DNA of 54,258 nucleotides from a virus (Duplodnaviria; Caudoviricetes): IMG/VR virus record IMGVR_UViG_3300035670_007294, positions 1 to 54,258 of that record; one strand, 5' to 3'. Shown piece by piece: positions 1 to 9,827 of this stretch (position 1 is its first letter; each line of letters starts with the position of its first letter). The notes under the pieces were generated by a model. It saw only the letters and a program-made list of their open reading frames with translations, ran no database searches and was not told where the DNA came from. The position numbers and the translations under genes were made by a program.

Positions 1-34
1 ATAATATAGTTAAAATATCAAAGGAAGTGTTATA

Positions 35-601
35 ATGTCAAAGTTTAAAAATTTAATATTCGGGATAAGTATTGGTATTATGATAAATATCATCACTCCA
101 AGTTTTGCAACAATACAACAGTATATCCTTACTAAAGTTCAGTACCCAATTCTAGTCAATGGTGTAGAATATAAAGATGAAGTATTACCTATATTGAATT
201 ACAATAGTTCAACATATGTACCACTTAGAGCTATTGGGGATATATTAGGTAGTAATGTTGAATGGAATGAAGAATTACGTAGGGTTGAGATTGGGAACAG
301 TAATGAATCTAAAACTGAACAATCATCTATTAATATAAGTGAAGAAATGTACACTAATGGATTTCCTAAATATGCATATTACAATGAAAATGAATATTAT
401 TCTGCACAATTAGCATATGACACACTATTTAAACACGGATATGAATTGATAACTAATTTCCCAAGCAGAGAAGATGGTGGATATATTATTTACAATATTC
501 TAAATAAATCAGAGAAATATTATATATTAAAAGATAATTATTTTATGTATAACGGATTATCTTATATTAAATATGAAGCAATAAAAAGCCTAATTAATTA
601 G
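35..601 (+). CDS. Secreted/surface protein with copper-amine-oxidase N-terminal (stalk)-like domain; probable moron
   Basis: Signal-peptide-like N-terminus (MSKFK + hydrophobic run ...PSFA). Motif ILVNG...TYVPLRAIGDILGSNVEWN is typical of Cu_amine_oxidN1. Opposite strand to the phage operon, with a 4-bp tail-to-tail overlap. Confidence 0.75.
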   Translation: MSKFKNLIFGISIGIMINIITPSFATIQQYILTKVQYPILVNGVEYKDEVLPILNYNSSTYVPLRAIGDILGSNVEWNEELRRVEIGNSNESKTEQSSINISEEMYTNGFPKYAYYNENEYYSAQLAYDTLFKHGYELITNFPSREDGGYIIYNILNKSEKYYILKDNYFMYNGLSYIKYEAIKSLIN

Positions 602-1926
602 GCTTTTTTTACATCGTGATTATGACTGCCAGAACTACTTGTTGTATATGTAACACCATCTACCACTACAGTATGTGAATGTGAACCATTTGAAGTTGTA
701 TTTAGTCCGTTTACTGACTGAGTTGAACTAAAATACCAATTCCCATATCCATACATATTTTTACCTGCTCCTCCAATAAACATTGAAGCAAAATCAACAG
801 GTCTTATTTGTAACCCATCCGATAATGTATCATAGAATTCTAATCCTATATTCCCATTTGAATATATCTTTAAATCAGTATATGTACTTGAAAATGGAAC
901 ACTTACTAATCCACTTAAATTACCACTTGAATTAAATGTTTCTAATTTATTACCTTGTAATCTTATCATAGCACCACTTTCAGCAGTTCTTATTGTTCCA
1001 CCTGTAATTATACCTGTAAAATTTGCATTACCATTTGTATCTAAATAAAATGTTCTTTCATTTAACTTATTAAATACTTCCAATCCATTTCCTATTGAAC
1101 CATCTCCATAAATTTTTATACCATTACCATCAATAGTAACTAAATTATTCCCCCCAATAGAATTATCTGTAATCAACTTAAAACTTCCACTTGTTTTAAT
1201 ACCTAAACTATCTATGGCAACTGAATAAGTAGCCCAATTATCTCTTGTAAATACAATTTTATCACTAAATATTCTCATTTGCCCATCTGCATCATCTGAA
1301 TCCCTAGTATAGATACCTCTTCTTGTAATTTGTGCCTGTTGAATTAAATCATTAACATCATCTTTTTGTTCTATAAAAATTTCTTTTGTATTTATATCTA
1401 TAGGTTTTTGAGCTTCTTCCTCTAATATAGCCACTTTTTTAGTAGAAGTATTCCATGAACCTGAACTAATATTTACATTTGTTGAAGTTTGCTTAGAGTT
1501 AGCCCATAAAGCTGTTAAATAATTCAAATCATCATTTAAATATGATTTATTTGATATAGTTATTTTTAAATTATTATTGTCATAATCATGTTCAATTGAT
1601 GTTATAATAGTTTCATATGACACTTTATCTAATTGTTCAGTTCCGTATAATAAAAGATATTGACTATTTGGAGTTGAATAACTTCCAACACCACCAAAGC
1701 CATGAAGTTTATTTACAGTAAAATTATCGATATCATTATCAAGAGTGACTCCTAACTCGTCTGTTAACTCTCTATCTGTCCATGTACCCATAGGAGTTTC
1801 GGTAGTTTGTAAATAAAGTTTACCGTCTTGAGTATATAGAATATGAGCATTATTATCATTAGCATGGAATAAATCTGGTTGTTCACCAGTACCTAAATTT
1901 TGTATCTCTTTAAAAACAATTGCCAT
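598..1926 (-). CDS. Tail-tip/spike protein; chimera of a ~95-aa N-terminal module and a Tal-like C-terminal half
   Basis: AGGTG RBS 9 nt before ATG 1926 (ORF track starts at 1938). EQLDKVSYETIITSIEHDYDNNNLKITISN resembles the end of siphophage Tal hub domains. Then beta-rich spike segments (FYLDTNGNANFTGIITGGTIRT) and a C-terminal HSH/HNH metal-binding tip motif. Confidence 0.65.
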   Translation of the reverse strand: MAIVFKEIQNLGTGEQPDLFHANDNNAHILYTQDGKLYLQTTETPMGTWTDRELTDELGVTLDNDIDNFTVNKLHGFGGVGSYSTPNSQYLLLYGTEQLDKVSYETIITSIEHDYDNNNLKITISNKSYLNDDLNYLTALWANSKQTSTNVNISSGSWNTSTKKVAILEEEAQKPIDINTKEIFIEQKDDVNDLIQQAQITRRGIYTRDSDDADGQMRIFSDKIVFTRDNWATYSVAIDSLGIKTSGSFKLITDNSIGGNNLVTIDGNGIKIYGDGSIGNGLEVFNKLNERTFYLDTNGNANFTGIITGGTIRTAESGAMIRLQGNKLETFNSSGNLSGLVSVPFSSTYTDLKIYSNGNIGLEFYDTLSDGLQIRPVDFASMFIGGAGKNMYGYGNWYFSSTQSVNGLNTTSNGSHSHTVVVDGVTYTTSSSGSHNHDVKKA

Positions 1927-2000
1927 TTTATAATTCACCTACTTTCTATTTGTGATTAAAAATATTTTGAAATATTTTTATAATATTATAGACAATATAT

Positions 2001-2043
2001 TTACAAGTATGTTATAATATTTACATAAGGAACATACTTGTAA
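2001..2043. repeat. 13-bp perfect inverted repeat TTACAAGTATGTT/AACATACTTGTAA with 17-nt spacer, overlapping a plus-strand TGnTATAAT
   Basis: Arms 2001-2013 and 2031-2043 read directly. TAGACA at 1989-1994 and TATAAT at 2013-2018. Confidence 0.7.
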
Positions 2044-2202
2044 TATTGTTTATGATTAACTATCTAAAATCCTATATTTATTGAAAAAGTCACCTTTTTT
2101 CGCTCTCACAACACAGTTGTACCAATGGTTTCAAGTTATGATATAATATTAGTTTTATTTGGTTAGTGTATTTTGTCCTTGGTTATTGTTTTATATTTAT
2201 TT

Positions 2203-4341
2203 TTATACCACATTACCATCAGCAAATTGAATTGAGAAACCTATATCTAATACGTGATTTGAATCTTTAGGGATATAATCTACTGAGTAATCTGCTGTTA
2301 TTACTGCATTTAATGCAGGGGGAGTTGTGAATTGGATTTGATTCTTTTTATTATATACTTGGTATAATCCCAAAACACTACCTCCATTTGCATATAAGCA
2401 CTTATACCCGTTATTACCTTCTGGCGTAATATTTGCTGACAATGCTGTTATATTGTTTACTTCTACATCTGGATACATAGTCATTGTATCTGTAGTGAAG
2501 TTGTAATTAAAGCATTTAATACTACTACCTATTACCATAAAGTCCGAAGTTGTTTCATCCACAATTATTTCTGATATATTACCAGCTGATATATTAAGTG
2601 TTCTGGCATTACTGATAGCGTAGGTAATGGGTGAGTAATCATAAATCTTGATTGAGTTGAGTTGACCTACCACTAAATAAGAATGGTTGAATATAAATTT
2701 TAATGCAAATATATCCCCAATAGATGCTACATTTACAGCTCCACTAAAAACACCTGTCTCTGAAATATTGTAGCGTAACATACCTGTTGTACTACCATTA
2801 CTACCAACAAAAAGTCTATTTTCATCATGACTTACTTCAATTAACGTACCTCTATCATTACTACCAAGACCTCCTAATTCTACAGTGCTTATTTGAGAAC
2901 CTATTATACCTGCATTATAAGGATATGAAACTACCTCTATAGAACGACTTGATGTTGTTCTTGCTTGTAATAAAATGCTTTCATTTCGGATTAATCTTAA
3001 ACTTCTCCTATTACGGGATGTGTATGATGTATTAACACCAGTACCAGTAGAACTTATGAAACCAAGTGTAAATGTGTTTTTATCAAAAGAGTATACCTGT
3101 GTTCCAGTTGAAAATCCAGTTATAAGTACTTCGGTATCATCAGAATTAAATATAATATCATATCTACTTGTGCTAGTTAGAGTGTGATTTATTAATGTTG
3201 TTTGAAATGTTGGTTCTTTTGTATTAGGGTCTAGTAAGAAAATAAATAACAAAACTGATGTCATTGCAGCCAAATACATCCCATCATTAGAAATAGCTGT
3301 ACCTCGTAATGTGTTAAGAGTGTTGCTTGCAGTGAAAAGTCTAGCTACACCAAGAGTGTTGGATTCAATAATGGAATAGTCTATATTGGCAATCTTTGTT
3401 ACTCCGTCTACCTTAATTACTTGAGTATTCTCTTTTATACGGCTGAAATCAAATTCAAATACGCTACTTATTCCATCCCCAACACCTATACTTTCATTGG
3501 TTATATTAAAATTATCAAATACTGATGTAATTGGTAATTTACTTGAAAAAATTCTACGAAAATTATTACTAACTGTTTCACCATAAGAAAAGTGTTTAAT
3601 CCCTAATGATTCGTTATTAGCAGAGGTAGTCGCATATCTTACCGTACTAAACACTATTTTTTTATTTGCATTATCTGCTGTAAGCGTCGGAGCACTACTA
3701 GATGTTCCAAATCCTATTTGTGATTGTGCTGGTGAAGCAAAATAGACTCCATTTAAACTGGTTGCTTCTCCTAATAAATAGCGAACTAGCGTATTTGAAT
3801 CAAAATTTATAGAATTACCCATGTTCAACCCCCACCACTCCGTATTACCATAACTCATCTCCCCCAAAGTAATATATACAGTAGCATATATAGTAATTTG
3901 GTCAAATAATCCTTTACTTACTGCAATAGGGTTGCCTTCGCTATCTTTAATCAACGCATGTGTTACTATGCTTGTTGTTGTATGACCTATACCAACCTCA
4001 GCAATACTTGTGTTTTGATATTCTTCTGGTAATAATACAATCTTTTGTTTCCATGATATTGGAGTTGGTGTAGATAATATATAATTTCTACTTACATGTG
4101 TTACAGATTTACTTCCCATAGCAGTAAATAATGTCGTTCTAGCCGTACTTAATGTACCTGTTCCACTACCAAATACTATTGTGTTAAAATATGTATTTCT
4201 AGCACACAATCTAGTCCACATGGCATCTACAATCATATTATATGCTTCATAGTTTTCAACTTCTCCTGTTTGGGTATTTACTTTCTCTATTTCAAACTTA
4301 TTGTGTATTCCTACTTTTCCTTCTATATTCAAAATTATCAC
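2203..4341 (-). CDS. Tail-associated adhesin with an inserted beta-propeller-like domain
   Basis: N-terminal tail-fibre-base-like region (HNKFEIEK...NMIVD...FGSGTGT...IAEVGI). Repeated blade-like segments sit inside a GDG...VDGV...DY / IQFTTPPA module. Lies downstream of Dit/Tal. Confidence 0.6.
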   Translation of the reverse strand: MIILNIEGKVGIHNKFEIEKVNTQTGEVENYEAYNMIVDAMWTRLCARNTYFNTIVFGSGTGTLSTARTTLFTAMGSKSVTHVSRNYILSTPTPISWKQKIVLLPEEYQNTSIAEVGIGHTTTSIVTHALIKDSEGNPIAVSKGLFDQITIYATVYITLGEMSYGNTEWWGLNMGNSINFDSNTLVRYLLGEATSLNGVYFASPAQSQIGFGTSSSAPTLTADNANKKIVFSTVRYATTSANNESLGIKHFSYGETVSNNFRRIFSSKLPITSVFDNFNITNESIGVGDGISSVFEFDFSRIKENTQVIKVDGVTKIANIDYSIIESNTLGVARLFTASNTLNTLRGTAISNDGMYLAAMTSVLLFIFLLDPNTKEPTFQTTLINHTLTSTSRYDIIFNSDDTEVLITGFSTGTQVYSFDKNTFTLGFISSTGTGVNTSYTSRNRRSLRLIRNESILLQARTTSSRSIEVVSYPYNAGIIGSQISTVELGGLGSNDRGTLIEVSHDENRLFVGSNGSTTGMLRYNISETGVFSGAVNVASIGDIFALKFIFNHSYLVVGQLNSIKIYDYSPITYAISNARTLNISAGNISEIIVDETTSDFMVIGSSIKCFNYNFTTDTMTMYPDVEVNNITALSANITPEGNNGYKCLYANGGSVLGLYQVYNKKNQIQFTTPPALNAVITADYSVDYIPKDSNHVLDIGFSIQFADGNVV

Positions 4342-4387
4342 TCCTTTTACTCTATTTTTATTTAGTTTTATTAGTTATTTATTTATT

Positions 4388-5425
4388 TTATGGGTTAATG
4401 CCACCTGTGTAGGTTAATACAATTGTATAATTAGTTATACTAGCTTTAATGTTTTCAGATGCACCTTGATATATTGTATAATTATTAAATCTATCATCTG
4501 TCGTAGGATGACTTCCTTCGCCTATTACTTTATTCATTATTGGTGATAAGGTAGTTGTATAATTAGTCATGTTACATTTTATATTTTCAGGTGCTATTGA
4601 CGGATTAGGCACTCTAACTAAATCAGCAGGTGTAAATACTTGTGTAAAACTTTGTACTACGCCGCCTACCCCTTGTAGATTGCCTAATACTGCGTTATAG
4701 GATATGGTTATATTTCCCTGTACATTATTAAATCTTTTAAGTGGTTTAGTGTTTAATATTATTTGTTTAGAATTAGATGGATAAGCTTCAACACTCAACA
4801 CTTGAATATCACTATTCGCCAAAGTTCCTAATTCTTCACTAGGAAATTCAGTATATAAAGGTTCTTGTGCAGTAACCGTAAACGCTTGTTCATTCCCTTT
4901 GGGTAAATTAGCAAAAAGCTCTATGTCATAAATATATAAATATGTACTATGTTTACTTGTTATATTCCATCTATAATATCTATAAGCTGTAGTATTAACA
5001 AAATCAAATACTTTCCACCCTGACGAGTTTGCACTTGTAGAATTAACTAAAGCAGACGACCAATTTGTGCCATCATTTGAGCCGACTAAATTAAACGCAT
5101 TCGGTGCATATGTGCTTACATACCATCTAAATTTAGTTGCCACTACTTCATTGCCCTCACCTAAATCAACTTGTATCCATTGTGGCATAGCTAATCTTGT
5201 TTCCCAATATGTAGATGTAGAACCATCAAATGCTAGATTTGGAGTTTGAGTTGAATAAGAATTACTAGCACTATAACTTTGCCATGCAAAATCACGATTT
5301 CTAGTAAGCTCAGTTTCAACTAATCCACCTACAGGAGTTGGTGTTTTACCACTAACGTCACCAATTAAATTCTCTGTGAATTTTACTACTATTTTACCAC
5401 CTTGACCTTTTGTAAAACTATTCAT
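4388..5425 (-). CDS. Tail-associated protein with discoidin (F5/8 type C, CBM32-like) domain
   Basis: SASNSY...PNLAFDGSTSTYWE...PQWIQVDLG...GSNDGTNW...AYRYYRWNIT is the F5/8C signature. Confidence 0.75.
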   Translation of the reverse strand: MNSFTKGQGGKIVVKFTENLIGDVSGKTPTPVGGLVETELTRNRDFAWQSYSASNSYSTQTPNLAFDGSTSTYWETRLAMPQWIQVDLGEGNEVVATKFRWYVSTYAPNAFNLVGSNDGTNWSSALVNSTSANSSGWKVFDFVNTTAYRYYRWNITSKHSTYLYIYDIELFANLPKGNEQAFTVTAQEPLYTEFPSEELGTLANSDIQVLSVEAYPSNSKQIILNTKPLKRFNNVQGNITISYNAVLGNLQGVGGVVQSFTQVFTPADLVRVPNPSIAPENIKCNMTNYTTTLSPIMNKVIGEGSHPTTDDRFNNYTIYQGASENIKASITNYTIVLTYTGGINP

Positions 5426-8324
5426 TAAATATCACCTCTACTTCTGGTGCTCCAACCGTTACTTTAGGTGCTACTAAACCAATAGGTGTAAATGTTAATT
5501 CAAAACTATTTACATCTTGACCAGCTTCACCTTGTAATGTTCCAGCACTTAATGTATAATTAACCGTTAAATCACCTACACATTCATTAAAATTACTTGT
5601 TGTAATTAAAAATTCTCTACTACCATCAAATCTACCTAATGGTATAGGGTCTGCCCAATTAACACCTTTATTAGTAGCACTAACAACGTAGTTATTAGGC
5701 ACTGTATCTACAACTGTACATTGTGCTTGTAACCCTGTTGCATTTTGTATTCCATTTGCAAATGTAACTTTAACCATGTGCCCATTACTATGCCAATTAT
5801 GTGATATAAGTATTGTATGACCACTTGTAGGTGGTGAGTTGAATATTACTCTACCATTCGGATAATCCATAGTATAATCAGTTATTATAGTCTGTGTAAC
5901 ACCGTTTACTTTAACAATTTCACTACCGTCTACAATTGGATACCACGTTGTTTCATATTCAGTAGTTGTATTATCACCAGAACCTAGTTCAAACTCCTCC
6001 TGAGTGACCACAGAGGCTACATTCTCTATTGTGACAGGTAGGGTATCTCCACCGAATAAAACGAACATTTTATAATCAGTTATAGTCGATTCTATGTTCT
6101 CAGCTTCCCATTCATACCTTCCCCCTTGTTGACTTGGATTATCTACTGGATAATCACCATCACCAATAACAAAATTCATTATAGGGCTTAAAGATATAGT
6201 ATAATCAGTTAATCCCACATCAATATATTCATCAGGTACAGATGTCCCAATATAATTACGTTCAGATATATACCATCTTTTAATTCCTGTTGTTGCACTC
6301 TCTATCATAACACCTAACTTATAATCATTTGTTATAAACACATTTAGATTTTCAGTAACCCCATCAAATTCTACTAATCTCTCTTCTGGACTCCATCCAT
6401 ATGAATCTTCATCAATTTGAACATAACTTCTATAATAAACCCAATCATTACTTCTTATATATGCTACAAATAAACCTTGGTCATCCTCTGTATTAATACC
6501 ACTTTTCCATCCTCTAACAGCCTTAACTTGTTTAACATCACCTGCTAAAGCAACTTTAGTATCAGATTCATCCCATAATTGTGTCCATAATACATCATCC
6601 ATATCTACCCAAAATATCTGTGGTTTGTCATATGTTTTTATTCTTGTTACATTCCCAACTAAATACCATCTTCCGTCGAAAGCAATAGATACTGCTTTTG
6701 CTTCTCCTAACGTAAATTCATATATAAATCCAATTTGATTTGTATCAGGATATTTCATTATTGAACAACTAGCTATGCCATCTTTAATATGTATCTCATA
6801 AATTTCCGTTGGTCTTGTATAAGTTAATTCTCTTTTAGGTGCTACTGCTACATCTGCAAGATTTAAATCATGACGCATAACTACCTTATTCATTAATAAA
6901 GGAATCGGATAATTAGGCAATATTGCAGGTGGTGGGTCTACAGGTTCAACATACACAGGGTCTTCTGGTGGGGGGAATAAAGGTACTTCTTCAAATGTTT
7001 GCCATTGGAAATAAGGATATTGTTGGTTATTAATATTGTCAATATTCCATATCTGTGTAAAATCCCAATTGGTATAAGTTGTTGTATTACTATTTGGATA
7101 TATCATTTGAGATGTTGTTTTTGGAGTACCTTTGTTATCAACAATCCAATCTCCTTCTCCTACTATAGACACTGTTTCATCATAAAATGTATTAGTAGTG
7201 GTAATTGTACCATTATCATAGCTATTATCAGTTATCATTCCAATGCCTCCACCATAGTTATATGAATTACTAGGTGTTAAAATTATTTCTACAGAAGCAT
7301 AAGAATTAGAAAGATTAATATGTCCAGTATTAACTTTAAATACAAATCCAATTAATCCACCTATTGAAGATACATCTAGGGTATTTGTAATAAATTCAAT
7401 TTTACCTATTGCATAGCAATTTTGTATTGTTTGTGTTCCATTTAATGATGTATTTATATACCCTATTAAACCACCAAAACCATCTCCATATCCACTTTTG
7501 TCTCCTAGAAAGTCAATTATGGCATATGATTCTTCTATTATATTATTTGTTCCTGAAAACATACCTATTAATCCACCAATCTGATATCCATTATCTGTAT
7601 CATATCCACTTGATGTATAATTAAAAATAGAACTACATTTTCTTATAGTTGAGTTACTACCTAAATATCCAACTAAACCACCTACATATTCAAATCCTAT
7701 CATAGTGCAATTTGATGAACAATATTCTAAAATAGAGGTATCCACATCTCCAAATAATCCTCCCATGTATGAACCATATGTTCCTTGTTCTATAGATATA
7801 TTTCCTTCATAACTACAATTATTTACTTGTGAAGAATCAAGATAAAATGATATTCCTCCAATTGAAGACCCTCCGTAAATATCTCCTTTTATATTACAAT
7901 TTAAACAAATTGTATCATATATATTTGATGCTAATAATCCACAATATATAGCAGATGCAGAACTTATATTGCAATTTACCATATTTAAATTTTTTATAAT
8001 ACATTTATTATTTGTTGTACCATCTATAGTATCAAATAAACCTAATTCATCTATTGCTCCTACTACTATGCTCATATTACTAATAGTGAAATTTCCCCCA
8101 TCATATTCTCCAAAAAAAGATTCTACATAATTATAACTTCCATCTTTCCCAATTGGAATCCAACTATCACCATAATAACTTAAATCTATATTTGCAGTTT
8201 GCCTATAATATTTATAAACTCCTGCTGATAATGTATTGTGGATAGCTCTTAAATCTTGAGCATCTTCAATCAAGTAAGGTGTAGCTTGAATACCGTTACC
8301 TCCTCCAAATAATCCACCAGCCAT
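5418..8324 (-). CDS. Large tail-associated protein with N-terminal GLUG-repeat beta-helix, Pro-rich linker and beta-rich C-terminal domains
   Basis: GGNGIQATPYLIEDAQDL, F.GEYDGGNFTISNM and repeated (V/I)GGL(V/I)G motifs. Linker PPPEDPVYVEPVDPPP. Confidence 0.7.
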   Translation of the reverse strand: MAGGLFGGGNGIQATPYLIEDAQDLRAIHNTLSAGVYKYYRQTANIDLSYYGDSWIPIGKDGSYNYVESFFGEYDGGNFTISNMSIVVGAIDELGLFDTIDGTTNNKCIIKNLNMVNCNISSASAIYCGLLASNIYDTICLNCNIKGDIYGGSSIGGISFYLDSSQVNNCSYEGNISIEQGTYGSYMGGLFGDVDTSILEYCSSNCTMIGFEYVGGLVGYLGSNSTIRKCSSIFNYTSSGYDTDNGYQIGGLIGMFSGTNNIIEESYAIIDFLGDKSGYGDGFGGLIGYINTSLNGTQTIQNCYAIGKIEFITNTLDVSSIGGLIGFVFKVNTGHINLSNSYASVEIILTPSNSYNYGGGIGMITDNSYDNGTITTTNTFYDETVSIVGEGDWIVDNKGTPKTTSQMIYPNSNTTTYTNWDFTQIWNIDNINNQQYPYFQWQTFEEVPLFPPPEDPVYVEPVDPPPAILPNYPIPLLMNKVVMRHDLNLADVAVAPKRELTYTRPTEIYEIHIKDGIASCSIMKYPDTNQIGFIYEFTLGEAKAVSIAFDGRWYLVGNVTRIKTYDKPQIFWVDMDDVLWTQLWDESDTKVALAGDVKQVKAVRGWKSGINTEDDQGLFVAYIRSNDWVYYRSYVQIDEDSYGWSPEERLVEFDGVTENLNVFITNDYKLGVMIESATTGIKRWYISERNYIGTSVPDEYIDVGLTDYTISLSPIMNFVIGDGDYPVDNPSQQGGRYEWEAENIESTITDYKMFVLFGGDTLPVTIENVASVVTQEEFELGSGDNTTTEYETTWYPIVDGSEIVKVNGVTQTIITDYTMDYPNGRVIFNSPPTSGHTILISHNWHSNGHMVKVTFANGIQNATGLQAQCTVVDTVPNNYVVSATNKGVNWADPIPLGRFDGSREFLITTSNFNECVGDLTVNYTLSAGTLQGEAGQDVNSFELTFTPIGLVAPKVTVGAPEVEVIFNE

Positions 8325-8355
8325 AAAATTTCACCTCTTTTCTTTTCTAAATTAC

Positions 8356-9822
8356 TTATTCATATGGAACAATTAAATTTACCTTATGTCCTAATTTTAT
8401 TTTATTCCAAACATATGATTCTGCATTAATACCAAAAATGTCTACCATATCTACCTGTATATCATATGATGACTGAGAATTAATATCTAAATAACCTCTT
8501 GCTAAATATAATAATACACTTGGGTCATCTGTTTCAAATTGTTGTTCTCCTTCTCTAATGAAGTTAACAAGTTCTTGTTGTAATTCTTCTGTTAAATTAG
8601 CTTCATAACTTACAGAATAAGATAAACTTGAAAGTTGATTGTTTACGGAAGTTATTTCAGCTTCTTTAGAAGTTATTTCAGCTTCTTTAGAAGTTATTGC
8701 TCCTTTTTTAGCAGTTATTAAAACTCCCCATTGAGCATAAGTATTACCATTATATGATAAACCTGTTTTAACAGAAATATCTTGACTATTCTCTAAGATT
8801 ATCAAGTCAGTTTCTAAATCAGCTAATTCGTTATTTAAAACTGATAATTCAGTTCTTTTAACAGATAATGTATCTAATAATGCAGTATAATTTGGAGTTT
8901 CAGTTGTTATTAAGTTTTCTATATATTCTAATCTATCTATTAAAGGAGTGCTCATGTATTGAGGTTTCATAAAGAAACCAAAGTTGTCGATATACTCTGT
9001 TCCTAAAATATTTACCGATGAAATATCGGTTTCATCTGTACCTCTAGCATATAGTCGAGTGATGATATCATCAGTGTTTAATTGGGATTTATATTGGTCT
9101 ATATAATTCTGATGGTCTAATATTAATCCTGTATTTGCATTTAATCCTAATGAATAATATGGGTCACCATGTTCAACAATATCTATTATTTGTAATGCTG
9201 TATGAAATATAAAAATACAATTATAATTATTCTCTATTGTTTTTATAGCATCTAGCACTTTTGCACTTGGTATATTTATATATCTTATTTGACTCATTAA
9301 TGGCACTGTTATATATCCTGCTTTCCATTGACCTTTTGATAATGATAATATATAATCTACCATACCACTATTAGGTAAATCATTAACATCCCATTTACCA
9401 GTATATAATTGAAATCCTCCATCATAATCTGATGGGGGGAAATTTCTAATTAATTGACCATTAAGCCTAACTTCTAAACTATAAGCTTTAACTTCTTTAT
9501 AAATATGGTCACCTGAACTAATAATAATATCATCTATACTATAAAGAAACACTTCTTCCATAGTGTCATCAATCCATTTTTCAACTCTTATAACATTTGT
9601 TTTATAAATTTTATCAAATAAATCATTTAGTGTTCCATCTTCAAATTTTTCATGAATTATAAAAGACATTTCATCTACATTTTTCAACTGCCATTTAAAT
9701 TTTCTATCCGTACTAGAATTAGTTAAACATCCTATAATCTCATATGGTGAACTACTTTTACATAAGTATATTTCATATTTAAATTGCCTTTTTCTATAAT
9801 CATCAATTAACAATCTTATCAT
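8356..9822 (-). CDS. Tail-tip hub (Tal/prophage tail endopeptidase-like, YomG-like), N-terminal part
   Basis: Directly after Dit. IITRLYARG...ISSVNILGTEYIDNFGFF...YMS motif and a coiled coil. Ends abruptly at WNKIKLGHKVNLIVPYE. Confidence 0.8.
   Translation of the reverse strand: MIRLLIDDYRKRQFKYEIYLCKSSSPYEIIGCLTNSSTDRKFKWQLKNVDEMSFIIHEKFEDGTLNDLFDKIYKTNVIRVEKWIDDTMEEVFLYSIDDIIISSGDHIYKEVKAYSLEVRLNGQLIRNFPPSDYDGGFQLYTGKWDVNDLPNSGMVDYILSLSKGQWKAGYITVPLMSQIRYINIPSAKVLDAIKTIENNYNCIFIFHTALQIIDIVEHGDPYYSLGLNANTGLILDHQNYIDQYKSQLNTDDIITRLYARGTDETDISSVNILGTEYIDNFGFFMKPQYMSTPLIDRLEYIENLITTETPNYTALLDTLSVKRTELSVLNNELADLETDLIILENSQDISVKTGLSYNGNTYAQWGVLITAKKGAITSKEAEITSKEAEITSVNNQLSSLSYSVSYEANLTEELQQELVNFIREGEQQFETDDPSVLLYLARGYLDINSQSSYDIQVDMVDIFGINAESYVWNKIKLGHKVNLIVPYE
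8648..8698. repeat. 21-bp tandem repeat (2.4 copies) encoding ITSKEAE heptads in the Tal coiled coil
   Basis: GAAGTTATTTCAGCTTCTTTA twice, then GAAGTTATT. Confidence 0.9.
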
Positions 9823-9827
9823 CCTTT

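Noticed and set aside
598-8324. Diversity-generating retroelement or invertible shufflon acting on tail genes
   Set aside because: No reverse transcriptase in the window, no TR/VR pair differing at adenines noticed, and no inverted alternative C-termini: all cassette genes are co-oriented.
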